From assembly GCF_947568905.1 (NCBI RefSeq), contig NC_079171.1:68200001-68264000 (forward strand): a DNA stretch of 64,000 nucleotides, written 5' to 3'. The DNA is from Ostrea edulis. Lineage: Eukaryota. Under the pieces are notes generated by a model. The model saw nothing but the letters and a program-made list of their open reading frames with translations, was not told where the DNA came from and did not search any database. A program made the position numbers and the translations under genes. Below, piece by piece: positions 26,484 through 38,739 of the stretch. Each line of letters begins with the position of its first letter. Within the stretch, counting starts at the first letter, position 1.

Positions 26484-26999
26484 TTAATACAATCGTTGTT
26501 GTTATTATTATTATGTTATTGTGATAAGTCAATATTAACAAACTATTAGCATCCATGACTCAGTTACCTTTTGTTTGTACCTGCCAACATTAACCGTAAC
26601 TTCAGAAGTCTGCACGGGTCTCCTAATTTTACAACTGAACAACTTAAAATATATTGCCAACATATGAATAATGTTGGTTTCCCCTCGATAAAGTTACATC
26701 AACCCAAACGATGTTATTCCGCCATTCATTCTGGCGATTATTCTTTACTCGAGGGTCGTTATAGGTACATATCAATCTTTTATAATGACCAGATTTTTTT
26801 ATGTCTTCCTGGTTTCGATGTAAAATAAGGAACTAAGTAACGAGGTCACCATTACGATGAGTGTTTACATTGTATATAGTGTAGCATATATACAATTTGT
26901 AACATGTAGGGGTCACCCAGCCAACTGCTGATTTCGCTCGCTATTACTTTACTTGCGTGATCAGGAAAGAGACTCAACAGCATCACTTGAAAATATAGC

Positions 27000-29050
27000 T
27001 CATTATCGAGGCAGTATAAGTTTCATGTTACACTGTTCGCTACACATATCCCTGCTCGGGAACCTTTGCTTAGCGTGAGTCCTTTCTGATTTTTTGGCAT
27101 CTGCCTATTAACGACATCCGCTGTTCCCGTCGACGACAGCAGTGGTCGTTCCCGGAAGAAGCCACGTCCTTATCCAGAGATTCCAAGATACTCTAACTGA
27201 AGAAGGCCTTCCAGCAAATAGCATAATTTGATATAAATTGAACCTCTGTCTTCTTCTCCGCCTCTGTTGTATGCAAGGTGAATATAACGAACAGTGATCA
27301 ATCTCATAACTCCTACAAGCAATACAAAATAGATAGTTGGGTAATCACGGACCCCTGGACACACCGGAGGTGGGATCAGGTGCCTAGGAGGAGTAAGCAT
27401 CTCCTGTTGACCGGTCACACCCGCCGTGAGCCCCATATCCTGTATGTAAATGTGCTACAGCTATGGTTCGTCCCTACCTGACATTATCTGTATCCATGGT
27501 ATTGTCATTGAGTTCACAAATAAAGGATTTTAGCTCCCTGTGGCTAGTCTGCTCTTCTGTAAGGAGAACCTCTATTTTTTTAAATATTTTTGTCTCGCAA
27601 TCTCCAGTTCCCTCTGTCGCTGGACATCCCTATTTTCCAGATGAGGCATGCGATCTTGAAAGATGAAAATCTGATTGGTAATCATGTCTTCCTGTTCAGC
27701 ATCCAGGGCTTCATATTGATGAGGTATATGGTTGAGCTTTTCTGTCATCCATGAGCTATCGTTTTCTTTAACTTCCTCAGAGGCCCTGGATTATTTGTTT
27801 TTCATTTTCGCGAGCTGTTCTCACCAGTAAGTATATTTTCCTTAAAGCGTCATGTTAGTTTGGTTATATAACTCTTGATAACGTTTTGTTCTGAAATTCA
27901 CATCTCCCAGCAGTCATTGTACATTTGTCTCTAACACAGCCTTACTTCCTCTGTTAGCTTCCCCCTCCTCCTAACAGTGTTTCTACAGCTGTACAATTTT
28001 GCTTTCATGTATGTCCTGAGCTTCGTTATGTTCACAATTTATTGCAGTTAATTCTACTTTTTTTCACTTCTTTGCTTCAATTGCAAATTCTCCTTTTTTA
28101 AAAAATGACATAACCTCCAGTTGTTTGTCACACTGTGTCATAATTTCCTCTCGATATTCACTTTTTTGTTTCTTTTCCTCCACAAATGTTCCCTAATTTA
28201 ATATCAGTTTCCCTTCCCCGTCGCCTTGCATCAAACAAAATTTGGCTTCATAGATCATTCTCACATATCACATTTTGATATTTGCAATTTCCCGCATTCC
28301 ATTTTTGCAGCATTAATTCCATACTATCATAGCTACTGCACGTTTCACTGATGATCGTTCGTTTGTGGCGACATCGTTTGGTATAACTTGGTAATTTACC
28401 CTATTTAGTAAATATCTGATTGCATGTATCGTTGTCAACTGTTCATTTACGAATACTGGTTATGCTTTGTTCAGCAATGAATGTATTTTTTATGAAAATG
28501 GCAGAATATGTTCTTGATATTGTAATCGCTGTTTTATGGCAGAATGACATTCCGAGATAATGGACCTTGCATCTGGACTAAGTTGAGACGCAAATGTAAC
28601 TGAATCATCCTTCAAGCAAAAGGACAACTCTGTCTTTCTACGGGCAGTTCAAGGAAATATCTATGAAATCATGTTTGATTGAATGCACAAGAATTTCTAG
28701 ACTGTGTTGTTTTTTATCCTTGAAAATTGGTAATCTTGTTTGTTGCTCATCAAGATTAGGAGTTTCGTTATTTTCCTGAAATTGGTTCTGATTGTTGCAC
28801 AAATTGTGACCAATGCAAGGTGAAGATAACGAACAGTGATCAATCTCATAACTCCTATAATGATATATGGTAATGAGAGTTTATATATCTATTATTATCC
28901 TGATAAGAAAATTGTGATCCATTGTGTGTTTCTCTCCACATGTAGCTGTTAGGCATAAGTTCTTCCGAGTTTTTGTTATAGCCATCATTGTGATTATGCA
29001 TTTAATATTTGACATCGAATGTGCCACTACAACATATCACTGGGTTAAAT
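27000..29050 (-). pseudogene. Decayed intronless ORF resembling the C-terminal GTPase half, helical bundle and coiled coil of an atlastin/GBP-type large GTPase
   Basis: Conceptual minus-strand translation through stops and frameshifts: SLEILVHSIKHDFIDIS...LP; LLNKA*PVFVNEQLTTIHAIRYLLNRVNYQVIPN...SVKRAVA; then a long E/K/Q-rich coiled-coil-like tail. Spacing L-x6-I-x3-F-x2-IS-x-F-x-LP resembles atlastin as recalled. No P-loop is seen. Interrupted by Penelope-like fragments. Confidence 0.42.
27252..27443 (-). mobile_element. Penelope-like 3' UTR fragment; similar short copies at about 1455-1597, 3847-3982, 12190-12325, 29050-29290, 46598-46830, 58165-58322, 60232-60372
   Basis: Family consensus; absent from the paralogous site at about 44935. 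Confidence 0.8.
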
Positions 29051-30625
29051 GCTGTCTGACCTTTCTCATACCTAGGTCTTTCTTGGCACAATGATTTTGA
29101 CTATGGATAACTCAGTTTACCTGATCAAGATGCAGAGCTCATGGCGGGTGTGACCGTTCGACGACAAATGCGTAGTCCTCCTAGGCACATAACCCAACTC
29201 TAGTATATCCAGGGGTCCATATTTACCCAATTCTCTCTTTTGCATTGATTATAGGAGTTATGATATTGATCACTTTTCGTAATCGTCATCTTTCAGTCTG
29301 CATCATTGGCTGCATTTACTGCATAACATCCATATGTGCCATCATCTGTTGTTGCATTATCTTCATCCATTACATGGCGTCTTCATTTTTGTGTTTCTGT
29401 TATAGGCTGACTGAGAATTTCATGTCCAGATAAACTACCCTGCCTTGATATTTCATCTTGCATTTCTTCCCTTTGAAGTGGAAATGTTTAAGTTCCCATT
29501 GCATTCCCTTCAGCGTGTTGAGGTTCCTCAGTTGTTTGGGATGGAGTTGTCTATTTCTCAAATACACGCCTTTCTCGTTTTTCTTTTGTTTATTTAGAGA
29601 TACAATTTATTTATCAGAAAAATAAGGTTTTGTCACCTTTTTGTCACCCTGGTTCAATAACAGCAAAAACAAAAACAAAAACGCTGCCGTCAACTGTTAC
29701 AGCACTTAGAGTGGACATTGTCTTTATTGAAATGGACTTTACCTTTGAGGTTGTTTTTATACTTGCTAGGCATCTATTGGGATATGACGTCATTCAATTT
29801 CATTCCCAAAATGCAAAACGGCAGTTTCCGTATGTGCATCTACCATAGTTTCATTATTACGAAAGTGTTCAAACATTTCGGACATTTAAAGCAAATATCG
29901 CTTATCATAGTTTATGCTAAGGTGTGTAGTTGAAATTACAGCATTTATTGTATTGTGTATGCTTATAATATCACAATAATAGTCGTAGATAGTTATAATG
30001 TATTTATTTTAATTCAGATTGTTGAAATTTTTGTATAATGTTATTAAAAACCAATTGATAGGCGAGTAACCTTTCACAAAATCGACATGTCAGTATGCCA
30101 ATAACAACGTTATTTAATTAGATACACAGATATGAACCAGAAGAAGAAGACTAAGTGATGTTGACTATGATATATTGACTCCAAATATGGATGAAAATAA
30201 AAATGGTTGATAGATAAACTGTCGTTGATAATGCAATGTTGAGTTAAAGGTCACATCAGGGTTTTTTTTCTAATCACGTGACCAACTTCCATTAAAATAC
30301 AATTACAGTGACAAACAGAATAAACCCGCTTATATGATTAAGAGACAGAGTTTCCACCGAGTTTGACCAGTCGACACGATATTTTTTACTCCTCCTAGTC
30401 ACCTGATCATACTTCTGGTTTGTTCAAGTCTCCGCGTTTTCCAACTCTAATATTTGTATACTTTATCGCAGTTGTGATTTACATCACGAGCCTTATTTTC
30501 ACCTTTTCTTTGTACAATTCAAACTTATGCAACACAGACTGATTGATCACTGTTCGTTATCTTCACCTTGCATCTAAATGTCAGGAAAATATTAAAGATT
30601 AATATTAAATTTACTTACTCTTTAG

Positions 30626-30766
30626 TGGACATAAATAACAAATCCAACATAGAACAACATATGTATCGCTCAGAAAAAAACATCAACAGTGCACACGAGG
30701 ATGAACCAATTCAAGATAATGTCCATAGTCATAACGTTGTTTAGTGTTGTAAAATATACAATCTAA
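30626..30766 (+). pseudogene. Degenerate two-LRR pseudo-exon, paralog of 54153-54290
   Basis: ttacttactctttAG ... GTAAGT, 141 nt, all three frames contain stops. Contains VHTRMNQFKIMSIVITLFSVV with an extra base near the 3' end relative to the paralog. Confidence 0.42.
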
Positions 30767-30806
30767 GTAAGTACCACTTGAAAATGAATGAATCCGATGT
30801 ATTTAA

Positions 30807-33804
30807 GAGGTTATCCATTACGATATCAGGCAGAGGTCGGCACATGCTATCTCTCAGATTTTCATGAAACTTGGTGTACAGGTTCCTGCTGACCTAAATA
30901 TTAAATTTGCCAAATAAAAAGTCTCTATCATGTTTAGTTTGGGTTCGACATTGAAAAACAACTTCGTGCAAAAAGGTCACGAAATATTGGAAAAAAGTGC
31001 TATGTTTGAACAGCTCTAAAATGACATATAACTAAGAAATAGAGAAACACAATATTTTATATGGTAGATATACACTATATGCAATAACAAAGAGGGTTTG
31101 TGTGTGTATATTCATCCAATGAATGAATTTATTAATTGTTAAAATTGCACATATTTCACATCAATATATTTTACAAGATAATGATCAAAATTTAAGATCT
31201 CATAAAACCCAATACAATGTCTCATCAGAAATAAATTATGTATAACCAGAAACTTGAAGAGGTGTATTTCAAGTTACAAAAATAAATTCAGTGGGAAAAG
31301 CAAGATTTGATGGTGAAAAGTTGAACTGAAATCTCCAAATTTTCAATAAGTGCAAAAATGTTAACTACTTTAATGAAGATTGTTGAACTACATAAATAGA
31401 AATAAATATGAAGTAGATATACCCAATCAATGATTAAAAGATTAAACTTCATAAAAAAATTACTAGAACATATGAACATTCAGAAATAAATGGCATGTCT
31501 TTGTATACAGTCTATATAATAAAGACCAAAAAAAATGCCTGTGTGAATCATTATATAAAATTTTACAAATTGATATGTTGATGTCATTTCTGATAGAGGA
31601 TTTGAGATAATAGTTAATTAATTAACACACATATCTGAAGTTAAAATTATTAGTAAATGAAATTTTAATCATTTGACTAACAATAACAATCTTAATTCAT
31701 TCACTCGCATTACAAACTTAACATTGGCAGATGTAGACGGGGGAGGGGGTGTTAAAACATACCCTCTCCCTTTCTCTGGGACATCTAGATAGTTATTTAG
31801 CATTAACCAGAAATTTGTTAACTCTCTTGTAAAGCATTTCCATTTGCATTCATGAAATAATATGCCAGATTTCATTTTCTGCCTACATCAGATTGGCAGG
31901 ACTTTAATGCATGTTTACTCTGGAGTTGAAATAGATATTGACCACTTCCAGATACAAGAAATGTTTGTTGAATTTTACCCAGTGACGGAAAATGTTCAAA
32001 AAGCATCTCCAATTGATGCATAAAAGGTTAATTAGCAATGAATAATAAACATATATATTTTATCGATTCATCGGAAATGACCTAATGCAGATCTTAGATC
32101 ATTTTTCTGGACCGCTAGAAATTATGAAAATTGGCACTGGATGTATATTGATACATGTATCTTAACAATTGATACATTAGTATGGTATCTTATTTTGCCA
32201 CCCCACCACTCTCTTCTAATTTATGTATAATGCCATAACAGTGTTTCTTTTGAATATTGGTTCACAAACAGGTATACAATTTGTGACTTCAAAAATTGAG
32301 ATATGCTGCTAACATAGAGTTAAAGTAGTGGTCATCATTTGATTATCTTTTTCAGCTGCAAAGTGTTTCTATGAAATAGCTGTCAATAGATCTAGATTGA
32401 AGTGGAACTATGAGTTATGCAATTCCCTTTATAAATTCAGAAGTCTTTTGTCTGTAGTAATTATATGTTCTCTCCAAAGCCTCTTCCTATATTGGACTCA
32501 GCTGAGATCTAAATAAGAATTAATGGAAATAAAATGATGAACATGTTTAAATAGCACTGTAAGCAATGCACTAAGGAAGTCAAAATCATATGGTTGATAT
32601 AGTCGCAAGGTCAAAGGTCATGGTATAACATAAATTCTGGTCATTACACATTTCATGTGAAACAAACTAACCCAATACCTTATCCCTCAAGATATAACAG
32701 ATCTGGCAATAATGAATGTTTTTCAAAAGTAGGTCAACAAGGTCAAAGTCAGAAATTCAAAAGTAAAGCTCTTTTCATTAGTGATCTATAATATGTGCAA
32801 TCTATATCAAAGCCCAATCCAAGATGGTTGAGAAACTTTATACCAGTTTAAAGTTTTTGAAAACCATGCCATTTTAAAGACTAAGGTCAGGTACTAAATT
32901 AAACGTTTGGTACTAAAGAATATACACATTTGTATATCATTATGTAAAATATCAATATAATAAAATCTGGGTTAAACTTCAAAACCAAGGTCACAATACC
33001 AAACAGCATGGTATCAAATGAAAGTTCTTGCCATAAGATATCTAAATACTAAACATAAAAGACTAACCTACGTTATATACTTCAGGAGAATATAAATATG
33101 AGAGCCCTATTACTAACATGAGCAAGTTCCAGACATACATGACCCCCTCCCCCGACTTTAGTCGTGGGCGCATAGTATAAATGAATCAACACAACTTAGG
33201 AACATTTGCATTTTGAAAGGATTTAGAGTGGCCCTGCTAACCTTGAAAAAGAATTTATTTTAATTTCCTGTATATTCCCATATCATACTTTGATCTCTTC
33301 CATACCTTAATTCTTTAGCCCCTGAATTGAACAAAATAAAATTTACACTACCTGAAGATCCTTGCATATGAATATGACTAATCATTGACATACTCTTCTT
33401 GAGAAGAGGATTGGTAAAGATGCTTCCTTATATTATCCCTTATAACACTTTGACCTTATAGCCTCATCCTACACCCAGCTCATGCATTAATAAATCCAAT
33501 CTACACAACCAGGGAATGCTTGCATAATTTAATTACATTAAACGACCCCATCCTATTTTTGCCTTTTCTTGATGATCTCCTTTCAAAGGGGGCATGGCCT
33601 TTCATTCAAATGAACATGAATCTCATTCACCCAATGGGGCTTTTGGTTTGTGCCAACTGCAAAGTTTGATTTAAATTGGTTCATTGGTTCTGGAGAAGAT
33701 GGGAATGGGAAATAATATGATCACAATGATGATAACAGAACCCAGATAATTTTTTGATGAGAAAAGCTCTCTTGAGTCTTCAGCATTTCAAAACATCACC
33801 TCTG

Positions 33805-33842
<38 letters not shown>

Positions 33843-36311
33843 GAGGTAGTGTTTGAAATTTTTTTAACAATAATTGTCTGAAGAAAGTTTAAAGCTTGTC
33901 GATTGGGTTAAAATCTTTGATAACAGTCATGAATTAAAAATACATGAATGTGCATGAGGAAATCATCTGTTGTGTGTGGCATCACATAAAACTTCAATAT
34001 GAAGGGTCAAGGTTGTAAGGCAAAAATGTTACTATCATATGACATAAGGAACACACATTTCTGTAATATCCAAACCCCATTTCTAATCACTTTTATGTTA
34101 TTGTCAAAGTTAAAGTTTTTATATTATATATCTATGTCTGTCAATTGTGTTAAAATAAAAGGATTGCGACATCATAACTTTGGATCCCTTTGATCAGGAT
34201 TTGTCTCAAGAAATATACATGTCAAATGTGGAATTAAGCCCTTATATGTAATATTTCTAAACTTACATAATTTAAGAATCATGACAATATGACAAGGTCA
34301 GATGTACCGTGCTCTGAATTTAAAATCTTTTGATTGAAATAAATAAATATACTCACTGATACAGTATGATAATTGGCTTACAGTAGCGTTGATTTGACTA
34401 TCATTATTTTCCAAATCTGTAATGAAATGGGTGTTTTATTCATTATCAAGCTTTGGCATATACATGTATGTCACACCAATACACTTTAGTATCTGTGTGC
34501 ATGCATACATGTATCAATCATCAGATTCTGTGTCATGTTAAACCATCTGATTTTTATAATCCATTCAGCTTAAATTTAGAGAAAGAAACAAGTAAATTAA
34601 TGATTAATTGTAAATCTGTACATGCAGTTACTACATTAACCTTTAATCCCACCCCACACACACATAATGGTTCGTAAGTTGCAAGAACTTGTTTCTAATC
34701 CTTTTGTATATAGTATATACAATAAAATATGTTCAAAACAAAACAATGATTCTTATAGTTGAATAATTCCACATATAAATATATTATTATTATTTTTATA
34801 ATAATTGTTCGGTTTTTGTCACATACATGCACGTACATATACTACCCTTTCACACTGATTCATTAATTCTTTAATAGTTATTAAATCTGGGAACCCACAA
34901 AACAAATAGATGTGAAAAGTAGCTAGTAAAAAAAAATCAGTAAAAAATAATCTGATATAATCTTAATATAGATATGTACATAGTTTGCAGAACAATAAAC
35001 ATCATTCATTTTTATAAACACTTATTGATTGTTACCACCTTCATCTTGTTTTTGTGTGATTCTATTGTTTCTTAATTCAAGGATTTGTGGATGAACATTG
35101 TGTTCTACATATTTTAAAAATCCCTACTGTTACATTAAAAAACAAAAACCCAGATTTATTCAATTTGTTTTAATGTAGGGATTTCTTACTTTAATCATTA
35201 TTTAAAAAAGAATCATTTCATCAAATGAATTGTTTGCATTGACACATCACGAGAACTTGCATCAAAATTGTCTAGCAATCAAGACAGAGTTTTCAAAGAA
35301 AAATGACACAGAAAATTCGACATTGATACTTACCACTTCCAACGGGAAAAACCACTGACAACTTGAAAGAGGAAAACATATTTCCATCAAAACATTGAAG
35401 TTTACTGCTCTGCCTGTTTTACACCTTCCTTTGTGTAGTAGATAACAACATTTGGTGGTGGTTACCTCTAGTAAATCTCCAAAGAATCGCAATTACCTCG
35501 GCATACTAGTAAGCATCTGCACCGTGCACGATAGTTTAAACAGTTACACTTTTTCGTCCAATTCGAAATAAATCTACCACGATCTGTACAGCAGGAGGTC
35601 AATCTCGGTTGAATGACACACGCAGTTCCAACTTTAAAATATCTTAAATATCCACTTATGTCTTTTGAACAATTATTAAGGGTTGACAAGTCCCTAAAAC
35701 AAGGACCACTCCTAGAAAAACTTCACGTTTATATCACTTGTCAGCCATATCTGTTTATCCACGAAACTTTGATAAGGTCCGTGCTGAATATTTATTTTTC
35801 ACCATCAAATGAATAAAACATTAATTCCACGTTTAAACTTGATAAAAGAAATCGAGATAAGTGAGATGTGTTCTAAATAAATACTTTTTTCTTCGGAAAT
35901 TACAATTTATGCAAGTTTTGGATCATTTTACATTTTTTACGTCAAGGAAGGTAACTCAATTTACTGGCTTTTCGGCTACTTCTGTCAGTAAATCCTCAAC
36001 AATTGCATTGTTCCCCAGCAATTTTATTGTTTCATCTTAATTATTAAGGGAATTTCTTCAAATAGTGTCTATACTTTCTGGACAAATTTTATTGTATTGG
36101 GTATATTTAACTTTACAAAATGATCGTTTTCTATAGATTATATAGGGTCCTCGGATTTATGAAATAGGCCTAGTTTTGGCACTTAACAATGTTTTTTGTG
36201 AAATTCACTTTACATACGATAAAATTGGCGTATGACCTTAACTTTTATTGGGTATGAATACAATTTTGGGGAATTGGATGCGCCAGCCATATTATAGCTA
36301 CTGCCTGATAA
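30807..36311 (-). mobile_element. 5.5-kb insertion (decayed DNA transposon, possibly Sola-like) defined by a paralogous empty site
   Basis: Paralog reads atttaa|tggcaaaag uninterrupted at 54325-54339; here atttaa|gagg...gcctgataa|ttgcaaaag. 10-bp inverted repeat at 30824-30833 and 36301-36310. Cys/His-rich decayed ORF at about 35300-35720 (-). Confidence 0.6.
33180..33790. mobile_element. Non-autonomous Helentron (HINE)-like element with oyster-type satellite monomer
   Basis: tacactacctgaagatccttgcatatgaatatgactaatc...ttcttgagaagag monomer, aaattggttcattggttctggagaaga box and aaagctctcttgagtcttcagc end resemble oyster HINE segments as recalled. Confidence 0.5.
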
Positions 36312-37536
36312 TTGCAAAAGACACATTTTAGATGTGTAAATTCAAGTCATTACATTTGAAAACAATATCCATTGACAGTTGTGATCTTGGGTAAGTAAAG
36401 AAGTTAAGTGATTGTTCATAACGGTCATACATTCACCAGTCCATGCACAATAAGGTCATTTGCAAAATGGAAGTTTGTGTTTTGCAAGCTGAAGTTTATT
36501 TTATTTTAAATCCTGAGTGACCATATACTGGCCCATGTATATAACCTAACCTCGTACAGTTTACGCTTCACATAATCCCCATCAGTGATTATAAAGTTTG
36601 AACTGCACTACTCTAGGTATATATCGTATGATATAGGTAATAAGTTTTTGAAACCACCATGCACAATGTACATTGTGTGGTGTTACAGTACCAGCTACGT
36701 TTTTTCTCGAAATGATAAATGATAGAACACGATACAAGCACGATATGATAAGATATATGTAGGCTAGGTAAGCTACACACACAATGCGATGTTATAAAAG
36801 AAAAACCTGATAAACGCAAATAATAATAAAATGATAAACGTAAAACGTGATGAACGAACATCACAACAGATCTGATCAACGCGAAATGTGATAAACGCGC
36901 TACACCATAAACATAAGAAGCGATAACTGATATTCATGATGAACAGACAATCTGATAGAAATGTTGTAAATTCAGAAATAACTTAGACAGAACGAAATGT
37001 TGAGAGTTACAAGATTATGTTGATATTAATTGAAATATATCAATATTCACTATGTACCAGACAGGTATATCCAAAAACATCCAATTGGAAGGCAATAATG
37101 TATTTGCACAAATAATTACCATGTTTTTTGTTTAGTTCTGTATTTCCTGTTATAAATGATGCAGTTTTTCAAATATGAATATGTGTTTCTTCTGTTCAAT
37201 ATAAAACTTTTGCTATCAGTAAAGGAAACTCCTTGCAAGTGAAATACTCAAGTTTTAAACGCCTTCATTAACCTGAAGGCAGATTTATATTTTATTTGTT
37301 TACTCATTTACTAGATGAAGACACTCGCAAGCGCAAAAAATTGAATTGTAGCTGTTGACTTTTAAGATTTGGGGGTTTTATACATGAAGTTTCAACTTCA
37401 AACAAACATTAACACAGGAACCACTAATATAACGTATATTAAATTGAAAACCGGAGCATTCATCCCTTTTAGTTTTGAAAAAAAAAGATACCTTGACTTA
37501 TGTTGACTGCGTAGTAGTGTGATGGAACCGGGCATA

Positions 37537-38030
37537 TGCAAGGTGAAGATAACGAACAGTGATCAATCTCATAACTCCTACAAGCAATACAAAATAGATA
37601 GTTGGGTAAACACGGACCCCTGGACACACCAGAGGTGGGATCAGGTGCCTAGGAGGAGTAAGCATCCCCTGTTGACTGGTCACACCAACCGTGAGCCCAA
37701 TATTCTGATCAGGTAAACGGAGTTATCCCCGGTCAAAATCAGTGTGCCAAGAACGGCTTAACAATCGGTATGAAACACGTCAGACAGCATTTGACCCAAT
37801 GCGAGGTTGTATTGACGATCTAAATCGTTATAACGACCATCGAATTTGCGAAATGCTGACTTCAATCGAGACTGTTGAAATTCCTGTACCATCAACTTGT
37901 TTGTCAGTAGCTTACCTCGATTTAAAAACTGAATATACCCAGAACAAACTCTTCGTGTCCATGGGAAAGAATTCGTGCCCATGGGAATTCCAACAGACTG
38001 TTGGAAGACCTGATCACCAAAGACCACGAA
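37537..38030 (-). mobile_element. Penelope-like fragment with internal deletion joining QQSVGIPMGTN to the C-terminus
   Basis: ORF 37758-38027: MVFGDQVFQQSVGIPMGTN...FLNRGKLLTNKLM...VFHTDC*. Confidence 0.85.
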
Positions 38031-38170
38031 GATATATGATTAAGCCTTTACCACTTTTGCTAGACATACATTAATCAACGATTAGTCACCTTGCTCACTT
38101 TATTTATCCCCCCTTCAGTTTGTACGTTAATCAACGAAACTAGTTGGTGTCTTCCTTCTCATTTGTTTCA

Positions 38171-38494
38171 GCGCCGCAGTGGCCTATACCTTATAGACTT
38201 CACCTGACATACGGAATGCCGGTTTCGAATCCTATCTGCGACACACCTAAGTCGTTAAAACATGTAATAACATTTCCATCGCCAAACACTCGACATCAAA
38301 GGTGGATGTCACAGGTCCTCTAAGATACCTTAAGAACAGATATTCCGTAAAACAGTAGGTACAGTACACTGCCCAATGGCCGTAAGTGTGGGAAAAGACC
38401 TAGATTTGAAGCCCTCCATTGGTCTTGGTTAAAGCTCCATATGAGTGACACAATCTCGAGAGAGACGTTAAACAAGATAAATCCAATAAATAAA
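38171..38494 (+). mobile_element. Diverged tRNA-derived SINE of the same family; paralog at about 55705-56015
   Basis: gcgccgcagtggcc head, gtttcgaatcc B box, cgacacacctaagtcgttaaaac body. Confidence 0.75.
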
Positions 38495-38739
38495 TCCCCT
38501 TTGCTTCCGATACCCGTATGCGGTGTAACAACCCCACCCATTTGATTGATTGAAATAGAGCAACACTAAACAATCACCTCTATAACGTAGCAATAAGATT
38601 CATGTATATATAAATACTTTAGCCAAAACCAGATTCCAATTTAGCCTCTATCTGTGTACAATAGTCCTAAACTTGTAAAAAAAAACCCATAAGGTTTGTT
38701 TACCATAAACAATGTTAAGCAACATATGGCATGCGTGTT

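Noticed and set aside
36332-36625. Further LRR remnants (36332-36390 and about 36570-36620)
   Set aside because: Only faint motif resemblance, wrong length, and splice sites are not conserved in the paralog.
37560-37720. Hammerhead ribozyme or SECIS in the Penelope-like UTR
   Set aside because: No CUGAnGA plus GAAA core, and no correctly spaced AUGA/AA/GA, found by eye on either strand.
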